IMG/VR virus record: IMGVR_UViG_3300032323_001198
Coordinates: 1-59,633 of that record
From: a virus
Lineage: Duplodnaviria; Caudoviricetes
Length of the DNA: 59,633 nucleotides
Direction: 5' to 3' (one strand)
Shown here: positions 15,459 through 26,108 of the stretch, in pieces
How positions within the stretch are numbered: the first letter of the stretch is position 1
How the letters are laid out: each line of letters begins with the position of its first letter
The notes under the pieces: model-generated
Databases searched by the model: none
The model's input: the letters and a program-made list of their open reading frames with translations, nothing else
What the model was told of the DNA's origin: nothing
Made by a program: the position numbers and the translations under genes

Positions 15459-16649
15459 ATGATAGTTATGATTTTGTTCCAAAAAAAACTTTCTCCAACG
15501 ATTGAACATTTCAATCAAACATCTCCGTTAGAACATTGGTCGGCTGAGTTAAAAGAAGATTACTGTTTCTATTATAATTGGATTGATCAATTATATGGTT
15601 TTCGGTTTGATAATTTTTTAATCGAAACGCATATTAATTTTTTAAGGCAAAATCCTAATATCAAAATTGTTTACGATTTTAACGGAGAACCAATAGTTGA
15701 AAATATTTTATTGGATATATTGGAAACTGCACGACACTGGAAACTTAATGATAATCAAATTATTTTGATTGTTAGTAATATTTTACAAACAAATTTTGTC
15801 AATCAAAGACTAAAAGAAATTCGTAGTGTAACAACTTATGAGTGGAATTACGATATTAAAACTACTCTGATCTCTCAGCCTGCAAATAATATCGAAAAGA
15901 AAAAATTCAGCACCACTTGCAGATTACATAGACCCTGGAGATCTTATATAATTTGCAGATTAAAAGAACGACATCTCATAGATAATTTTCATTTTTCTTT
16001 TATGGGCTGTGAAAATAATATGACTGTTGCATTAGACAAAGTCATATCTGAAAACAAAGACATTAGTATTACTCTAGCAGAAGGTGACTGGAGTATTATT
16101 GCCAAACACGATAAAATTAAAAAAGACCTTACAAATATCTGCGGAATGTCATTAACAGCAGATATAAACGACTTCATTGATCTATGTCCGCATTATATAG
16201 AAAAAGAAAGATTTAAGACCGATGTCGAAACTCCTCAAGAAGTATTCCATTCGGATTTTCATCTTGTGATAGAAAATGGTTTTTTTGATTTGAACGAATC
16301 TGCGTATACTGTTCGATCATTTGAAATGGGGGAGAAAACATGGAAGGCTATTATAGCATCTAAACCTTTCTTAGTTTATTCAGATCCAGGTTATTTGTAT
16401 TCTTTAAGAAAACTAGGTTTCAAAACATTTGATCCTTGGATAGATGAATCATACGATAACGAAACAGATCCTAAATCTAGAGCAGAAATGATCATAGATC
16501 AAATTGAAAAAATTAATAGCCTAAGCATAGAAGAATATACTAACCTATTGCTAAATTGCAAGAGTATAACTGAACATAATTTTTCAATTTATTTTAATCT
16601 AAAGTTTAACCAACAAAACTTTACAGACATAAATTTTAATAAAATATGA
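15459..16649 (+). CDS. Glycosyltransferase-like protein (likely start 15468)
   Basis: HLVIE...EKTWKAI..KPFLV...GFKTF..WIDESYD motif resembles GT10-like C-terminal domains. Confidence 0.55.
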   Translation: MIVMILFQKKLSPTIEHFNQTSPLEHWSAELKEDYCFYYNWIDQLYGFRFDNFLIETHINFLRQNPNIKIVYDFNGEPIVENILLDILETARHWKLNDNQIILIVSNILQTNFVNQRLKEIRSVTTYEWNYDIKTTLISQPANNIEKKKFSTTCRLHRPWRSYIICRLKERHLIDNFHFSFMGCENNMTVALDKVISENKDISITLAEGDWSIIAKHDKIKKDLTNICGMSLTADINDFIDLCPHYIEKERFKTDVETPQEVFHSDFHLVIENGFFDLNESAYTVRSFEMGEKTWKAIIASKPFLVYSDPGYLYSLRKLGFKTFDPWIDESYDNETDPKSRAEMIIDQIEKINSLSIEEYTNLLLNCKSITEHNFSIYFNLKFNQQNFTDINFNKI

Positions 16650-17386
16650 TATCCACTTCTTTAGATTTCTATAATAAAAACAAAAACATACCGTATAAAT
16701 TGCCGGCTCCGCCTGACACAAATCTAAATGATTATCAGTTATGTGACTGGTTGTTGAATCGTAGTGATTTCTCTTGGTTAGAACTAGACGTACAATTTGA
16801 TGTTGATAAATGGCAGAAAGAAATACTCAGTTGTAAAGATTTTTTAGTGCCGCACAGAGACAGTGAAAGTTCTGGATGGGAGAGCGCCTGCATACACGGA
16901 ATAGATATTCAATCCACAGGAGCGTGGACTAGATACGGGTATACAAACGAAGACGATGTTCCCTACCAATGGACTGAACTTGCAGATCAATGTCCGAATA
17001 TAAAAAAGTTTTGGTCAGAGTTTCCTTATGATAGTTACAGACGTATTAGGATCATGGCTGTAAAACCTGGAGGGTGTATAAATCCTCATAGCGATATGCC
17101 TGGCAAATTACCCGGAGAAGAAAACTTCGATGCATTAAAATTTGGTGTACCTATAAATGTAGCAGTAATACATCCTAAAGAATGCTACATGAGTTTAAAG
17201 GATCACGGAGTTGTTCCTTTTAAAGAGGGTAAGGCTTTTTTAATTAATATTAGAAATTATCATAGTGTAATAAATTTCTCAAACGAGACTAGATATCATA
17301 TTATTGCACACGGAAAACTTCAAAATAAAACTGACAAATTTGTAAAGTTAATATCGGATAGTTTTAGAAAACAATTTGTAAAATGA
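16646..17386 (+). CDS. Aspartyl/asparaginyl beta-hydroxylase-like oxygenase
   Basis: RIRIMAVKPGGCINPHSD...YHSVINFSNETRYHII. Confidence 0.85.
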   Translation: MISTSLDFYNKNKNIPYKLPAPPDTNLNDYQLCDWLLNRSDFSWLELDVQFDVDKWQKEILSCKDFLVPHRDSESSGWESACIHGIDIQSTGAWTRYGYTNEDDVPYQWTELADQCPNIKKFWSEFPYDSYRRIRIMAVKPGGCINPHSDMPGKLPGEENFDALKFGVPINVAVIHPKECYMSLKDHGVVPFKEGKAFLINIRNYHSVINFSNETRYHIIAHGKLQNKTDKFVKLISDSFRKQFVK

Positions 17387-18615
17387 ATGTAATTAAATTC
17401 GGTCAATATAAAAAAAGAAAAATTGTATTTTGTTTTTTAGATACATTGCATCTCTGTCAGGATAATTTTACTAAAGAAATAATTAAAAATCAATCCGACT
17501 ACGTAATATCTAGTTTAATCAGCAAAAGATTTAATGTATATCAAGGGCAAGACGAAGATCAATTATTAAGTTCCGCAGCAGAAGATGGATATGAATATGC
17601 TGTGATGTTTAGCACTGGCACTGAATTTATTAATGGAAAAATATTCTTTAAAAAAACCAAAGAATTAGTGAACACAGATTTTTTTATTTGCGGACATGTA
17701 TTGGATCGGAAAGATGCCTATTACGAATTACATCAACAATGTTATATTATAAATCTTAAAATTTACAAAAAGTTAGGTAGACCTTTAATTGGCAAACACA
17801 CGTGGAATTCTCCTCATCAACAGATAGAACCAAAAAGAAGTCTAGAAAATCATCACGATGAATACACTCCAAAATATGTAATGCCAGGTACAGATTTAAA
17901 AGATTATCAACATAAGTGCCACGGGTGGAATATTTTAAAAATAGCATTTGAGAATCAATTGCAGGTATTAGTTTTCGATGAAGAATTTAGATCAGGTAAG
18001 ACACATCATTATCCAGAGTCTCGGAAAGATTTTTATAAAAATTTAAGATGGATTTATTATAGAGAAAACGAATGTCTATATAATTTTGTTCACACTGAAA
18101 ATTCAGAATTTAAAAGAAGATTAACAGGTCAGTATGAACAGATAGTAATTCCGGCTAGTGGTACTTTATATCTAAACCTGATAGATAAAGGTGACGTGAT
18201 AATCTATGATTATAATCAAAAATCTTTAGACTATTGGCAAGAACACCTGCCTCGTAAAGAGAATGTTAATTATAATTTTGTAAAAACAGATCTGCTAATA
18301 GATAATAATTTGATAGATCAAATACAGGATAATAAATCAACATTAATTAATCTATCCAATATATTTGCCTATGAGGGTACCGCTGCATTTAAACCCTTGT
18401 TTTATAGATTACACAAAGAAAATCAATTAATAGAAAGTCTACAAAAAAAGATTCCAGATATTTTTATAATATTCTCAATACGATCTGTTACTGGTTTTTT
18501 AGAACTACCGCTTACTGGAAATTCGTCTCTCATCAAAACTACAGATATAGAAAAACTAAAAAGACCTACTTGGCATCAAAATGACGATTGGTTAATCAAG
18601 CCGTTACAATACTAA
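17383..18615 (+). CDS. Hypothetical protein (410 aa)
   Basis: Long ORF coupled to upstream gene; no motif recognised. Confidence 0.8.
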   Translation: MNVIKFGQYKKRKIVFCFLDTLHLCQDNFTKEIIKNQSDYVISSLISKRFNVYQGQDEDQLLSSAAEDGYEYAVMFSTGTEFINGKIFFKKTKELVNTDFFICGHVLDRKDAYYELHQQCYIINLKIYKKLGRPLIGKHTWNSPHQQIEPKRSLENHHDEYTPKYVMPGTDLKDYQHKCHGWNILKIAFENQLQVLVFDEEFRSGKTHHYPESRKDFYKNLRWIYYRENECLYNFVHTENSEFKRRLTGQYEQIVIPASGTLYLNLIDKGDVIIYDYNQKSLDYWQEHLPRKENVNYNFVKTDLLIDNNLIDQIQDNKSTLINLSNIFAYEGTAAFKPLFYRLHKENQLIESLQKKIPDIFIIFSIRSVTGFLELPLTGNSSLIKTTDIEKLKRPTWHQNDDWLIKPLQY

Positions 18616-19294
18616 AATCATCAGCAAATTTATTTTGAATTTCTTCTAGAATAGAACTTTCTATGTCAAACCATATTTGTTTTTGATCTGTTTTAAAATT
18701 ATCAATTAGAGATTTTTTACAGGCATAATTTAACCAAGGACTTACTCGATCGTCAAAAACAAATCTAAATTTTTCTTTGCGGTTTCCTATATAATTCATT
18801 TGTACTCGTACAGGATTAACTAATACATTTTTAGGTAATAGTTTTCTCACAACAAGTTGTATTCGAGGAATTGAACCAAAGTTAGCCGCTGTGTGTCGAC
18901 AACCGGCATTCATTTCATACCATTCGCCGTCTACTTCTGTAGGAAACATCTGTTGATTTTTTAGATCAATAAGATAGGAATATTGCCCTTGAAGATTTAA
19001 GTGATATCGATCGTCTATGTCTGCATGACTATGATAACAGGTTCCCGGTTTAAGAACAATTAATCTTGCTTCGCCTATAGGTTTCGGTAAAGAATCCAAT
19101 ATATCCTCAAATACTGTACCACGAAAGTTGTCTTTAATTTTCCAAAAATCATAGAAAAAATCGCCCGACGGTTCGTTGAGTTCAGTTTTTATTTTATTAT
19201 CATCGCCGCTGTTTATAATAGAAGTAACATATTGGTCATTACATATGGACAATATTTTTTCTTTAGCAATCGAAATGGATATGGGCTTCAGCAT
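18596..19294 (-). CDS. AspH-like Fe(II)/2OG oxygenase
   Basis: ARLIVLKPGTCYHSHAD...RHTAAN...PRIQLV. Confidence 0.8.
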   Translation of the reverse strand: MLKPISISIAKEKILSICNDQYVTSIINSGDDNKIKTELNEPSGDFFYDFWKIKDNFRGTVFEDILDSLPKPIGEARLIVLKPGTCYHSHADIDDRYHLNLQGQYSYLIDLKNQQMFPTEVDGEWYEMNAGCRHTAANFGSIPRIQLVVRKLLPKNVLVNPVRVQMNYIGNRKEKFRFVFDDRVSPWLNYACKKSLIDNFKTDQKQIWFDIESSILEEIQNKFADDFSIVTA

Positions 19295-19336
19295 TAAATT
19301 ATTTATAGGGTCGATTAGTGTGTTAAATAAAAATCA

Positions 19337-20611
19337 ATGTCTATTAATAATTCAAAAACTTTCTGCATGCATCCGTTTACCGGTCTTGCAACTAGAGAAG
19401 ACGGTGCGATCAAGATCTGCTGTCGAAGCCTTCCTATAGGTTGGATACAAGAAAACAGTTTAGAACAAGTCTGGAATAATGATAAAATGCAGCAGGTTCG
19501 CAAACAAGTTTTATGTGGTGAAAGACCAGATGTTTGTAAACCTTGTTTTGACTTAGAGGATCAAGGAGTTGAAAGTCTACGCCAACGACACGTCAATGGT
19601 GTTATTCCCGAAGCAAGAATAAATCTATACCCTAACGCCTTAGATCAACTCCGAGAAGATTATACTATGCCTTTTGAATTTCCTACTATGGAAATTAAAA
19701 TCAATAATCTCTGTAACCTAAAATGCAGAATGTGCAATCCTTTAGATAGCACAAGTTGGCAGGATTGGGATCAAGTGAAACCATTCTATGAAAAAGAAAA
19801 CAACTACTTGGTTCCTACCATAGCAAAATTAGTTCGAAAGCCTGGTCAATACATAGGACCGTTTGAAGACACAAATCACTGGTGGGAAAATTTTGAAAAA
19901 CTACTTCCTCATTTTCGCAGAGTAGAATTTGCCGGTGGCGAACCTTTAATGGATCCTTATCATTATCGTATTTTAGATATGTTAAAACCTTACGGAAAAA
20001 ACATAGAAATAAAATATGCTACCAATGGCACTGTGTTAGGAATTAAAGGCGGTAGGACCATTCATGATTATTGGCCTTATTTTAAATCTGTAGCAGTCAA
20101 TGTTAGTATAGACGGCATACATGATGTTTACAATTACATTCGTACTAATAGTAATTTTGCCGATGTAGAAAAGAATATAAAAGAAATACAAACTATTCCC
20201 AATGTAAGCAGAGTGGTCGGTGCGTTTACTGCTCAGGCTGCCAATATATTACAAATTTCTGAGTGTATTGATTATTTTTTAAATCAAATGAACATTGTTT
20301 TTTACAGTCACAGAGTTAGTTATCCTAATTGTTTATCAGCACAGGTTCTGCCTCAAGAGTTAAAACAGTTGGCTATAGAAAGATTACGGAATGTTGAAAG
20401 CAGATTATGGACATTTGATAAAATTAATCAAAGTAACCTACTTGAAAAAGTTACTCGACAGCAGATCAAAGATAATATAAATTATCTACAAGCCAAAGAT
20501 CAACATCATTTGTGGAATGATTTTCTAGAATTCAATAGAAAACTAGATGAAACTAGAAATCAAAAACTATTAGATGTGATCCCAGAATTCAAAGAATATG
20601 TTAACAATTAA
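19337..20611 (+). CDS. Radical SAM protein with N-terminal SPASM/twitch domain
   Basis: FCMHPF..ICC..CKPC N-term; CNLKCRMC; FAGGEP; TNG. Confidence 0.92.
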   Translation: MSINNSKTFCMHPFTGLATREDGAIKICCRSLPIGWIQENSLEQVWNNDKMQQVRKQVLCGERPDVCKPCFDLEDQGVESLRQRHVNGVIPEARINLYPNALDQLREDYTMPFEFPTMEIKINNLCNLKCRMCNPLDSTSWQDWDQVKPFYEKENNYLVPTIAKLVRKPGQYIGPFEDTNHWWENFEKLLPHFRRVEFAGGEPLMDPYHYRILDMLKPYGKNIEIKYATNGTVLGIKGGRTIHDYWPYFKSVAVNVSIDGIHDVYNYIRTNSNFADVEKNIKEIQTIPNVSRVVGAFTAQAANILQISECIDYFLNQMNIVFYSHRVSYPNCLSAQVLPQELKQLAIERLRNVESRLWTFDKINQSNLLEKVTRQQIKDNINYLQAKDQHHLWNDFLEFNRKLDETRNQKLLDVIPEFKEYVNN

Positions 20612-20613
20612 AA

Positions 20614-21510
20614 ATGTTTAAAGTTACTAGTGTATGGCCTCATCAAGATCAATTAAAAGTTGAATGGAATCTCGGTAAACGATGTAATTACGATTGCAGT
20701 TATTGTCCTGTCAGTGTGCATGATAACTTTAGTCCGCACACCGACATTAACATTTTAGAAAAAACTGTAGATCGTTTGTGTGAATTAGATAAACCTTTGC
20801 GTATTAGCCTAACTGGCGGTGAGCCTTGCGTACACCCGGACATAGAAAGTTTATTAGAATACTTTAAAAGAAAAAATATCTACTGGGTCAATATAACAAC
20901 TAACGGCACACGGGGATATCAATGGTATCTACAGCACGAAATGTTTTTTAATCATTTAGTTTTTAGTTTACATTTTGAGTTTGATTATACTCGAATAGTA
21001 GATACTATATTAAAATATTATGATAGCACACAACAAGATTTCTTTGTTAATGTTATGGCACACCACGAATATATGCCTCAGGTAAAAACCGTGGTTAAAA
21101 AATTCAAAGAGATTGGAATAAAATTTGCTATTAGAAGAATAAGGTGGACTGAAGGAGATCATAATGTCTTTGACGATCTAAGATATAACGGTGATGATCT
21201 TCAGTGGATTATAGACAACGATGCCACGGCTAAACCTAATTGCAGGATTGACAATGAGCAAATTATACACGCTAATGATGTAATAAAAAAACATATGAAT
21301 CAATTTAAAGGTTGGACATGTAATGCTGGATTAGAAAGCCTTATGATCAATTGGGATGGTGAAGTTCATCGTGCTACTTGCCGTGTTGGTGGCAGTCTAG
21401 GTAACATATACCAGGGTACGTTTACTGAGCAATTACAACCTATAAGTTGTACTAGAGATTGGTGTACCTGTGCAGCAGATATTCCTTTAACAAAGATTAA
21501 AAATGATTAA
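20614..21510 (+). CDS. Radical SAM protein with C-terminal twitch domain
   Basis: CNYDCSYC, LTGGEP, TTNG, CNAG...TC...CTRDWCTC. Confidence 0.92.
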   Translation: MFKVTSVWPHQDQLKVEWNLGKRCNYDCSYCPVSVHDNFSPHTDINILEKTVDRLCELDKPLRISLTGGEPCVHPDIESLLEYFKRKNIYWVNITTNGTRGYQWYLQHEMFFNHLVFSLHFEFDYTRIVDTILKYYDSTQQDFFVNVMAHHEYMPQVKTVVKKFKEIGIKFAIRRIRWTEGDHNVFDDLRYNGDDLQWIIDNDATAKPNCRIDNEQIIHANDVIKKHMNQFKGWTCNAGLESLMINWDGEVHRATCRVGGSLGNIYQGTFTEQLQPISCTRDWCTCAADIPLTKIKND

Positions 21511-22594
21511 AGTGGATGCTGTTAGACTTGTAAAACCAGAGCCTATGATGATCACTTGGGATGTTGGTCGCAGATGTAATTACGACTGTAGTTACTGTGA
21601 AATTTATCGACATGATAATATTAGTAAGTTTCACAGCATTGAAGAATATTTAAAAACATTTAAATTTATAAAGCAGTGGACTAACACGTATAATGATAAC
21701 AGAAAAGAAAAAGTATCTACAAATATAAATTTCACAGGCGGTGAACCTACACTTAACCCTGCTCTTTGGGAATTGGCTGACGTAATTAAAACAGACTCAG
21801 ACGAGTTTAATCTAAGTTTAACCACTAATGGTGCATGGAATAGAAAATATACAGACAAACTGTTAAAAAGATTCAACGGGGTTACGGTCAGTTATCACAC
21901 AGAAGGGCATTCTAATTTAAAAAAACAAGTAATAGAAAACATATTAGAATTATCAAAGACTAATATGCGTTTACAGGTAAATCTAATGATGCATGTAGAT
22001 CACTGGAATGAATGTTTAGAAGTTTTTGATATGTTAAAATCTAACAACGTGCTAGTAAAACCTAGGCCAATCGGTGACGGTAATATAGAACGCACTGGAT
22101 GGTTCATAGATTCAGATGGATCAAATAGAAGAACTAGTCATCAATATACTGCTGATCAACAACTGTGGTTTTCAACTGTAGCAGGTCACAATATTTCTGT
22201 ATGCGAAAACAAAACAGAAGGCACAGGGCTAGGAAGGGGGTGCTGCGGTGGTCGTTGTATGGAAGGCAAGATAAACAATCAATGGCAGGAAATTAAAATT
22301 ATTGATACTAATTTTAAAAACTGGAACTGTATGGTCGATTGGTTTTTCCTGCACATAGATCAACACACTGGTTTAGTTTACCATCATCAAACCTGTCAGG
22401 CTCTTCACGAAAATAAAAGAGGATCTTTAGGTAATCTTATAGATTCAGATATTTTAATAAAAGATCTAGAACAAAGAATGCTCAATAAAACAGCAATTGT
22501 CTGTCCCAATAATAGATGCGGCTGCGGAATGTGTATCCCAAAGTCTAAAGACAGCGTTGTTTTTAAAGAACTTTGGGACAGTGTAGTTAACTAA
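21503..22594 (+). CDS. Radical SAM protein with Cys-rich C-terminus
   Basis: CNYDCSYC, FTGGEP, TTNG, GCCGGRC, CPNNRCGCGMC. Confidence 0.92.
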   Translation: MIKVDAVRLVKPEPMMITWDVGRRCNYDCSYCEIYRHDNISKFHSIEEYLKTFKFIKQWTNTYNDNRKEKVSTNINFTGGEPTLNPALWELADVIKTDSDEFNLSLTTNGAWNRKYTDKLLKRFNGVTVSYHTEGHSNLKKQVIENILELSKTNMRLQVNLMMHVDHWNECLEVFDMLKSNNVLVKPRPIGDGNIERTGWFIDSDGSNRRTSHQYTADQQLWFSTVAGHNISVCENKTEGTGLGRGCCGGRCMEGKINNQWQEIKIIDTNFKNWNCMVDWFFLHIDQHTGLVYHHQTCQALHENKRGSLGNLIDSDILIKDLEQRMLNKTAIVCPNNRCGCGMCIPKSKDSVVFKELWDSVVN

Positions 22595-23582
22595 CCTTAT
22601 GTTTTGCTAAGGTTACTTCTCCGTTACATAAACACTGTAATTGTTTACATATAACTGGTTTAATTTCTGGTGAAAAATTCTGCACAAAATCTTTATCAAA
22701 AATATTAAAATAATAATCTAGCCCGTACAACTTCTGATTACAGTTTACAGTAATGTCGCCATTAAATAAAACCTTTATATCATTTACGCCAACGGTGCAT
22801 TCCCAACCAGAGAAGTAATTTAATTTGTTTAATCTTATCCAAGAATCAGAAGGCAATTCAAAAACTTCACCATCTTCAAATGTTACCCAATATCTGTTAA
22901 TGGTTCCTCTAAAAAATTCTTCTACTTCCTTAAAGTCGGGAACTCTTTTCTTTGCTGATTGCAAATAGTCTTTCTGCTCGGACGGATAACTGGTAACTCC
23001 GTCGATATGTATAGCCTTAAGGATAATAGGCCAATTATATTTGCTTTCTAATTGAAACTTTTCAACGATGCTTCGACATTTGTCAAAGTTCTTTGGATCC
23101 ATGAGTACATTGGCAACTACCATATGTTTATGAGAAAACAAGTAATCAGCCACTTCTATAATATGATTAGGATCACAAAATTCATTGTGAACAGATATCT
23201 CAATATGATCAAACAGTTTAGCATACTTTTCCCACCAATGTACTTTTCTAAATCCATTGGTAGCCATATGAACAATAATTCTATCCTGATACTTGCTTTT
23301 AAAATGGGTTAAAAACTCAGGCAAATGTTTCCATAAGGTAGTTTCGCCACCTAACAGATACAACTGTATAACATCTTTGTTATTTTTTAGGTAATAATCA
23401 AATAGGTGAGTAAAATTATTTTTTAATAATTCTACATTCTCTCCTGCGGGCCAAGGAATATCGCCTTCGTGAGAACCAGGAAAACAATAATTACAACTGT
23501 AATTACAGGTATTTCCTATTGCCCATTCTACTCTGATCTTTTTAGGATCATGATTGTTTTCAATTTTAATAATCTTTTTCAT
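22587..23582 (-). CDS. Radical SAM protein with twitch domain
   Basis: CNYSCNYC, LGGE, ATNG, CKQLQCLC. Confidence 0.9.
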   Translation of the reverse strand: MKKIIKIENNHDPKKIRVEWAIGNTCNYSCNYCFPGSHEGDIPWPAGENVELLKNNFTHLFDYYLKNNKDVIQLYLLGGETTLWKHLPEFLTHFKSKYQDRIIVHMATNGFRKVHWWEKYAKLFDHIEISVHNEFCDPNHIIEVADYLFSHKHMVVANVLMDPKNFDKCRSIVEKFQLESKYNWPIILKAIHIDGVTSYPSEQKDYLQSAKKRVPDFKEVEEFFRGTINRYWVTFEDGEVFELPSDSWIRLNKLNYFSGWECTVGVNDIKVLFNGDITVNCNQKLYGLDYYFNIFDKDFVQNFSPEIKPVICKQLQCLCNGEVTLAKHKVS

Positions 23583-25000
23583 TCTACCAGTGTACTTAGT
23601 TCTGGGAAATACTCTTTGAAATTAGTCTTTCTAAGTGTATCCAATTGTTCTATATATTCTTTGAACGCTGGCAATAAATTAGTATGATCCTCTGCGTCCA
23701 TAAAGTCTAATACTGCCTGCCAGCGTTTCCACCCATATGGATTTTGTTTCCAAAAGTCGTCGTCTTGGCGATAATTTTCATGCAACCAATTAGCCAACTC
23801 CTCAAACTTACGTCTTACTTCTGCTTTGTCTTCTGGAGGTAAACAACGTATACTCAAGAATGTAGGAATGTACAATAAGTGCATATTAACAATGCCGCCG
23901 CCCGCTTGTATCCCCCCAGTGACATTTTCAAAGTTTATTTTCTTAAAATTTTGTTGTATCTTCCATTTTGCAAAATCTGGAAGATGTTTTATATTTAGAA
24001 TCTGTATAGCAGTAGCAATACTGACTTCTATGTTGCCAGGAGTGTTATCTAGTATATGAAGATTTTTTTCTATCTTTGACCAATCGCTGGGATATCTTAT
24101 ATAGTAATTTCTATCTCCTACAGCATCGATACTAAACCCTACTTTAACTTTTTTAAATTTTTTCCATAAATCTATAATCGAGTCGTCTATCAATAATCCG
24201 TTGGTATTATATCTAATTAATATTTTGTCAGCATATCCTTGTCTGATAATTTCTTCTAAGAATGTTTTGTGTTCTTTGATCAGTAAAGGTTCACCGCCTG
24301 CAAAATAAACCTGTTTGAGATTAGGAATTTGTGCATACATCTCTTTCCAGAATTCTGGATTTTCATGCCAATAATTATTAAAAGTTTTTTGATCCCACTG
24401 CATCTGGTCTTTGATTGCATCATGTTTGAACAAAGGAAATATCTTTTTATGATCCTGAACCCATAGACTGCTGTCATGCGGACTACACATTACACATTTT
24501 AAGTTACAGGTGTGTCCAAGTCTTAAATCTAAATAGACTAATTTTTCTGGTACAGTACCATCTTCTTCAGTCTGTTTAATTAATTCTTCTAGGTCAACAC
24601 CTTCCAACGACCAGTATGCTGTTTCCCAGATCCTTTTGCTAGCCACACCTTTACTTTCTTCTTTGAAACATTTTTGACAACTATTAGGTATGTTGCCTGC
24701 CATCATGGTAGTTCTAACTGAACGCATATATTCATTATTCCATGCGCTCAACGGAGTTTCATGACCAAAATTGGCAGGTGTTCCCTTTTCGTTTTTCACA
24801 AGACCGACTGTATGATCATTGCCTGCACCACTAGCGTTGGCGCTGCAACATAAACGCATATCCCCATTGGGTCTTGTAGCGAAATGTATCCAAGGTAAAG
24901 CACAGAATGTCGAAGATTCTGTTTTATCTTTGATTGTTTTTTGCCAAAAACCTATTTTAGATTCTTCAGGCTGCCACCAATATTCGTTTACATCATCCAT
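23579..25000 (-). CDS. Radical SAM protein with N-terminal SPASM/twitch domain
   Basis: FCALPW..LCC..CQKC; CNLKCVMC; FAGGEP; NTNG. Confidence 0.92.
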   Translation of the reverse strand: MDDVNEYWWQPEESKIGFWQKTIKDKTESSTFCALPWIHFATRPNGDMRLCCSANASGAGNDHTVGLVKNEKGTPANFGHETPLSAWNNEYMRSVRTTMMAGNIPNSCQKCFKEESKGVASKRIWETAYWSLEGVDLEELIKQTEEDGTVPEKLVYLDLRLGHTCNLKCVMCSPHDSSLWVQDHKKIFPLFKHDAIKDQMQWDQKTFNNYWHENPEFWKEMYAQIPNLKQVYFAGGEPLLIKEHKTFLEEIIRQGYADKILIRYNTNGLLIDDSIIDLWKKFKKVKVGFSIDAVGDRNYYIRYPSDWSKIEKNLHILDNTPGNIEVSIATAIQILNIKHLPDFAKWKIQQNFKKINFENVTGGIQAGGGIVNMHLLYIPTFLSIRCLPPEDKAEVRRKFEELANWLHENYRQDDDFWKQNPYGWKRWQAVLDFMDAEDHTNLLPAFKEYIEQLDTLRKTNFKEYFPELSTLVE

Positions 25001-25005
25001 TTAGA

Positions 25006-25551
25006 TTACCAAAAATTAAAAATATACTTAGGAACTAATCCGCAATTGGCGCCTGCATGCCAGAACCTTCTATCGCTCCATTCATATGTAGCACCTTGTT
25101 CTTGATTGTAAAAGCATTTATCATCTGCGCAAAATGCATGACCAAATTGAGGAGTAGACATGTGCGCATGCCACCTTTTAAAATTAGGAAGTTTAGATAA
25201 TTCTTCTTCGTTATCGTGAACATCCCAATGATAAGGTACTATCATTCCGGGATTAACTCTACTGATCCATGCACTATTATAAGTCTTTACTCCGACAAAT
25301 TCTGCAAATACATCAACTATGCGTCTATCAAAATTTGTTCCAGGTAAAAACATATCCCAACCCGCTGTTCCGCCGTCCTTTTGTAGAACATAACCAGCAC
25401 GATCCCAAATATCCAAGACATCGTGAACTCCAGGAATATTATCTTTTCTACTGTGACTAGGTCCTATGTAAGCGGGTTTTTGATCCTTTACTATAGAAAT
25501 TAATTCACTCCAATTTATCACACTGTTAGAGTTACCTACGTAAGTTATCAT
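25006..25551 (-). CDS. Small AspH-like oxygenase (start revised to 25551)
   Basis: WISRVNPGMIVPYHWD...WHAGANCG; ATGA coupling with upstream gene. Confidence 0.75.
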   Translation of the reverse strand: MITYVGNSNSVINWSELISIVKDQKPAYIGPSHSRKDNIPGVHDVLDIWDRAGYVLQKDGGTAGWDMFLPGTNFDRRIVDVFAEFVGVKTYNSAWISRVNPGMIVPYHWDVHDNEEELSKLPNFKRWHAHMSTPQFGHAFCADDKCFYNQEQGATYEWSDRRFWHAGANCGLVPKYIFNFW

Positions 25552-26108
25552 CTTGGTGTTCCTACAAAATGAAATAGATAAAAAGGTTCGGGCCCACAAT
25601 TTGTTCCTGCATGATAGGCTCTGTGATCATTCCACTGTATTACAGAATGTTGAGGCTCGTTGTAATAATGTTGATTGTCTAAAACAAATATATGACCAAA
25701 ACTAGGCTTTTCTATAAAACATGTATACCTGATCAAGGGGCCTTCATTGAGCCAAAACTCCTCGTGATCGTCTACATCCCAATGATAGGGTGCAGATCTA
25801 CCCGGCATTATTTCGCTGATCCAAACTCTTCGAGCCTTTGCGTTTACTAGATTCTCAAATACAGTTTCTATTTGTTTGTCAAAGTGTTCATCTGGATAAT
25901 AATCAAACCATTTAATGTTTTTTAAATCGTAGCCTGCATCTATCCACGTCTGTGAAATTTTTGTATAGGCGTCCATAACTTTAGAGTTTTTGTCTTTTAT
26001 TGTAGACTTGTCTAGAACCAAATCCATAGTGATCGGATCCCCACTTTTGTGGATTAGGGATTGCAAAACATCATCCCAATCTATTAAGTTTTTAGTGGTA
26101 ATCGCCAT
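25548..26108 (-). CDS. Small AspH-like oxygenase (tandem paralog)
   Basis: WISEIMPGRSAPYHWDVDD...YHAGTNCG. Confidence 0.75.
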   Translation of the reverse strand: MAITTKNLIDWDDVLQSLIHKSGDPITMDLVLDKSTIKDKNSKVMDAYTKISQTWIDAGYDLKNIKWFDYYPDEHFDKQIETVFENLVNAKARRVWISEIMPGRSAPYHWDVDDHEEFWLNEGPLIRYTCFIEKPSFGHIFVLDNQHYYNEPQHSVIQWNDHRAYHAGTNCGPEPFYLFHFVGTPR

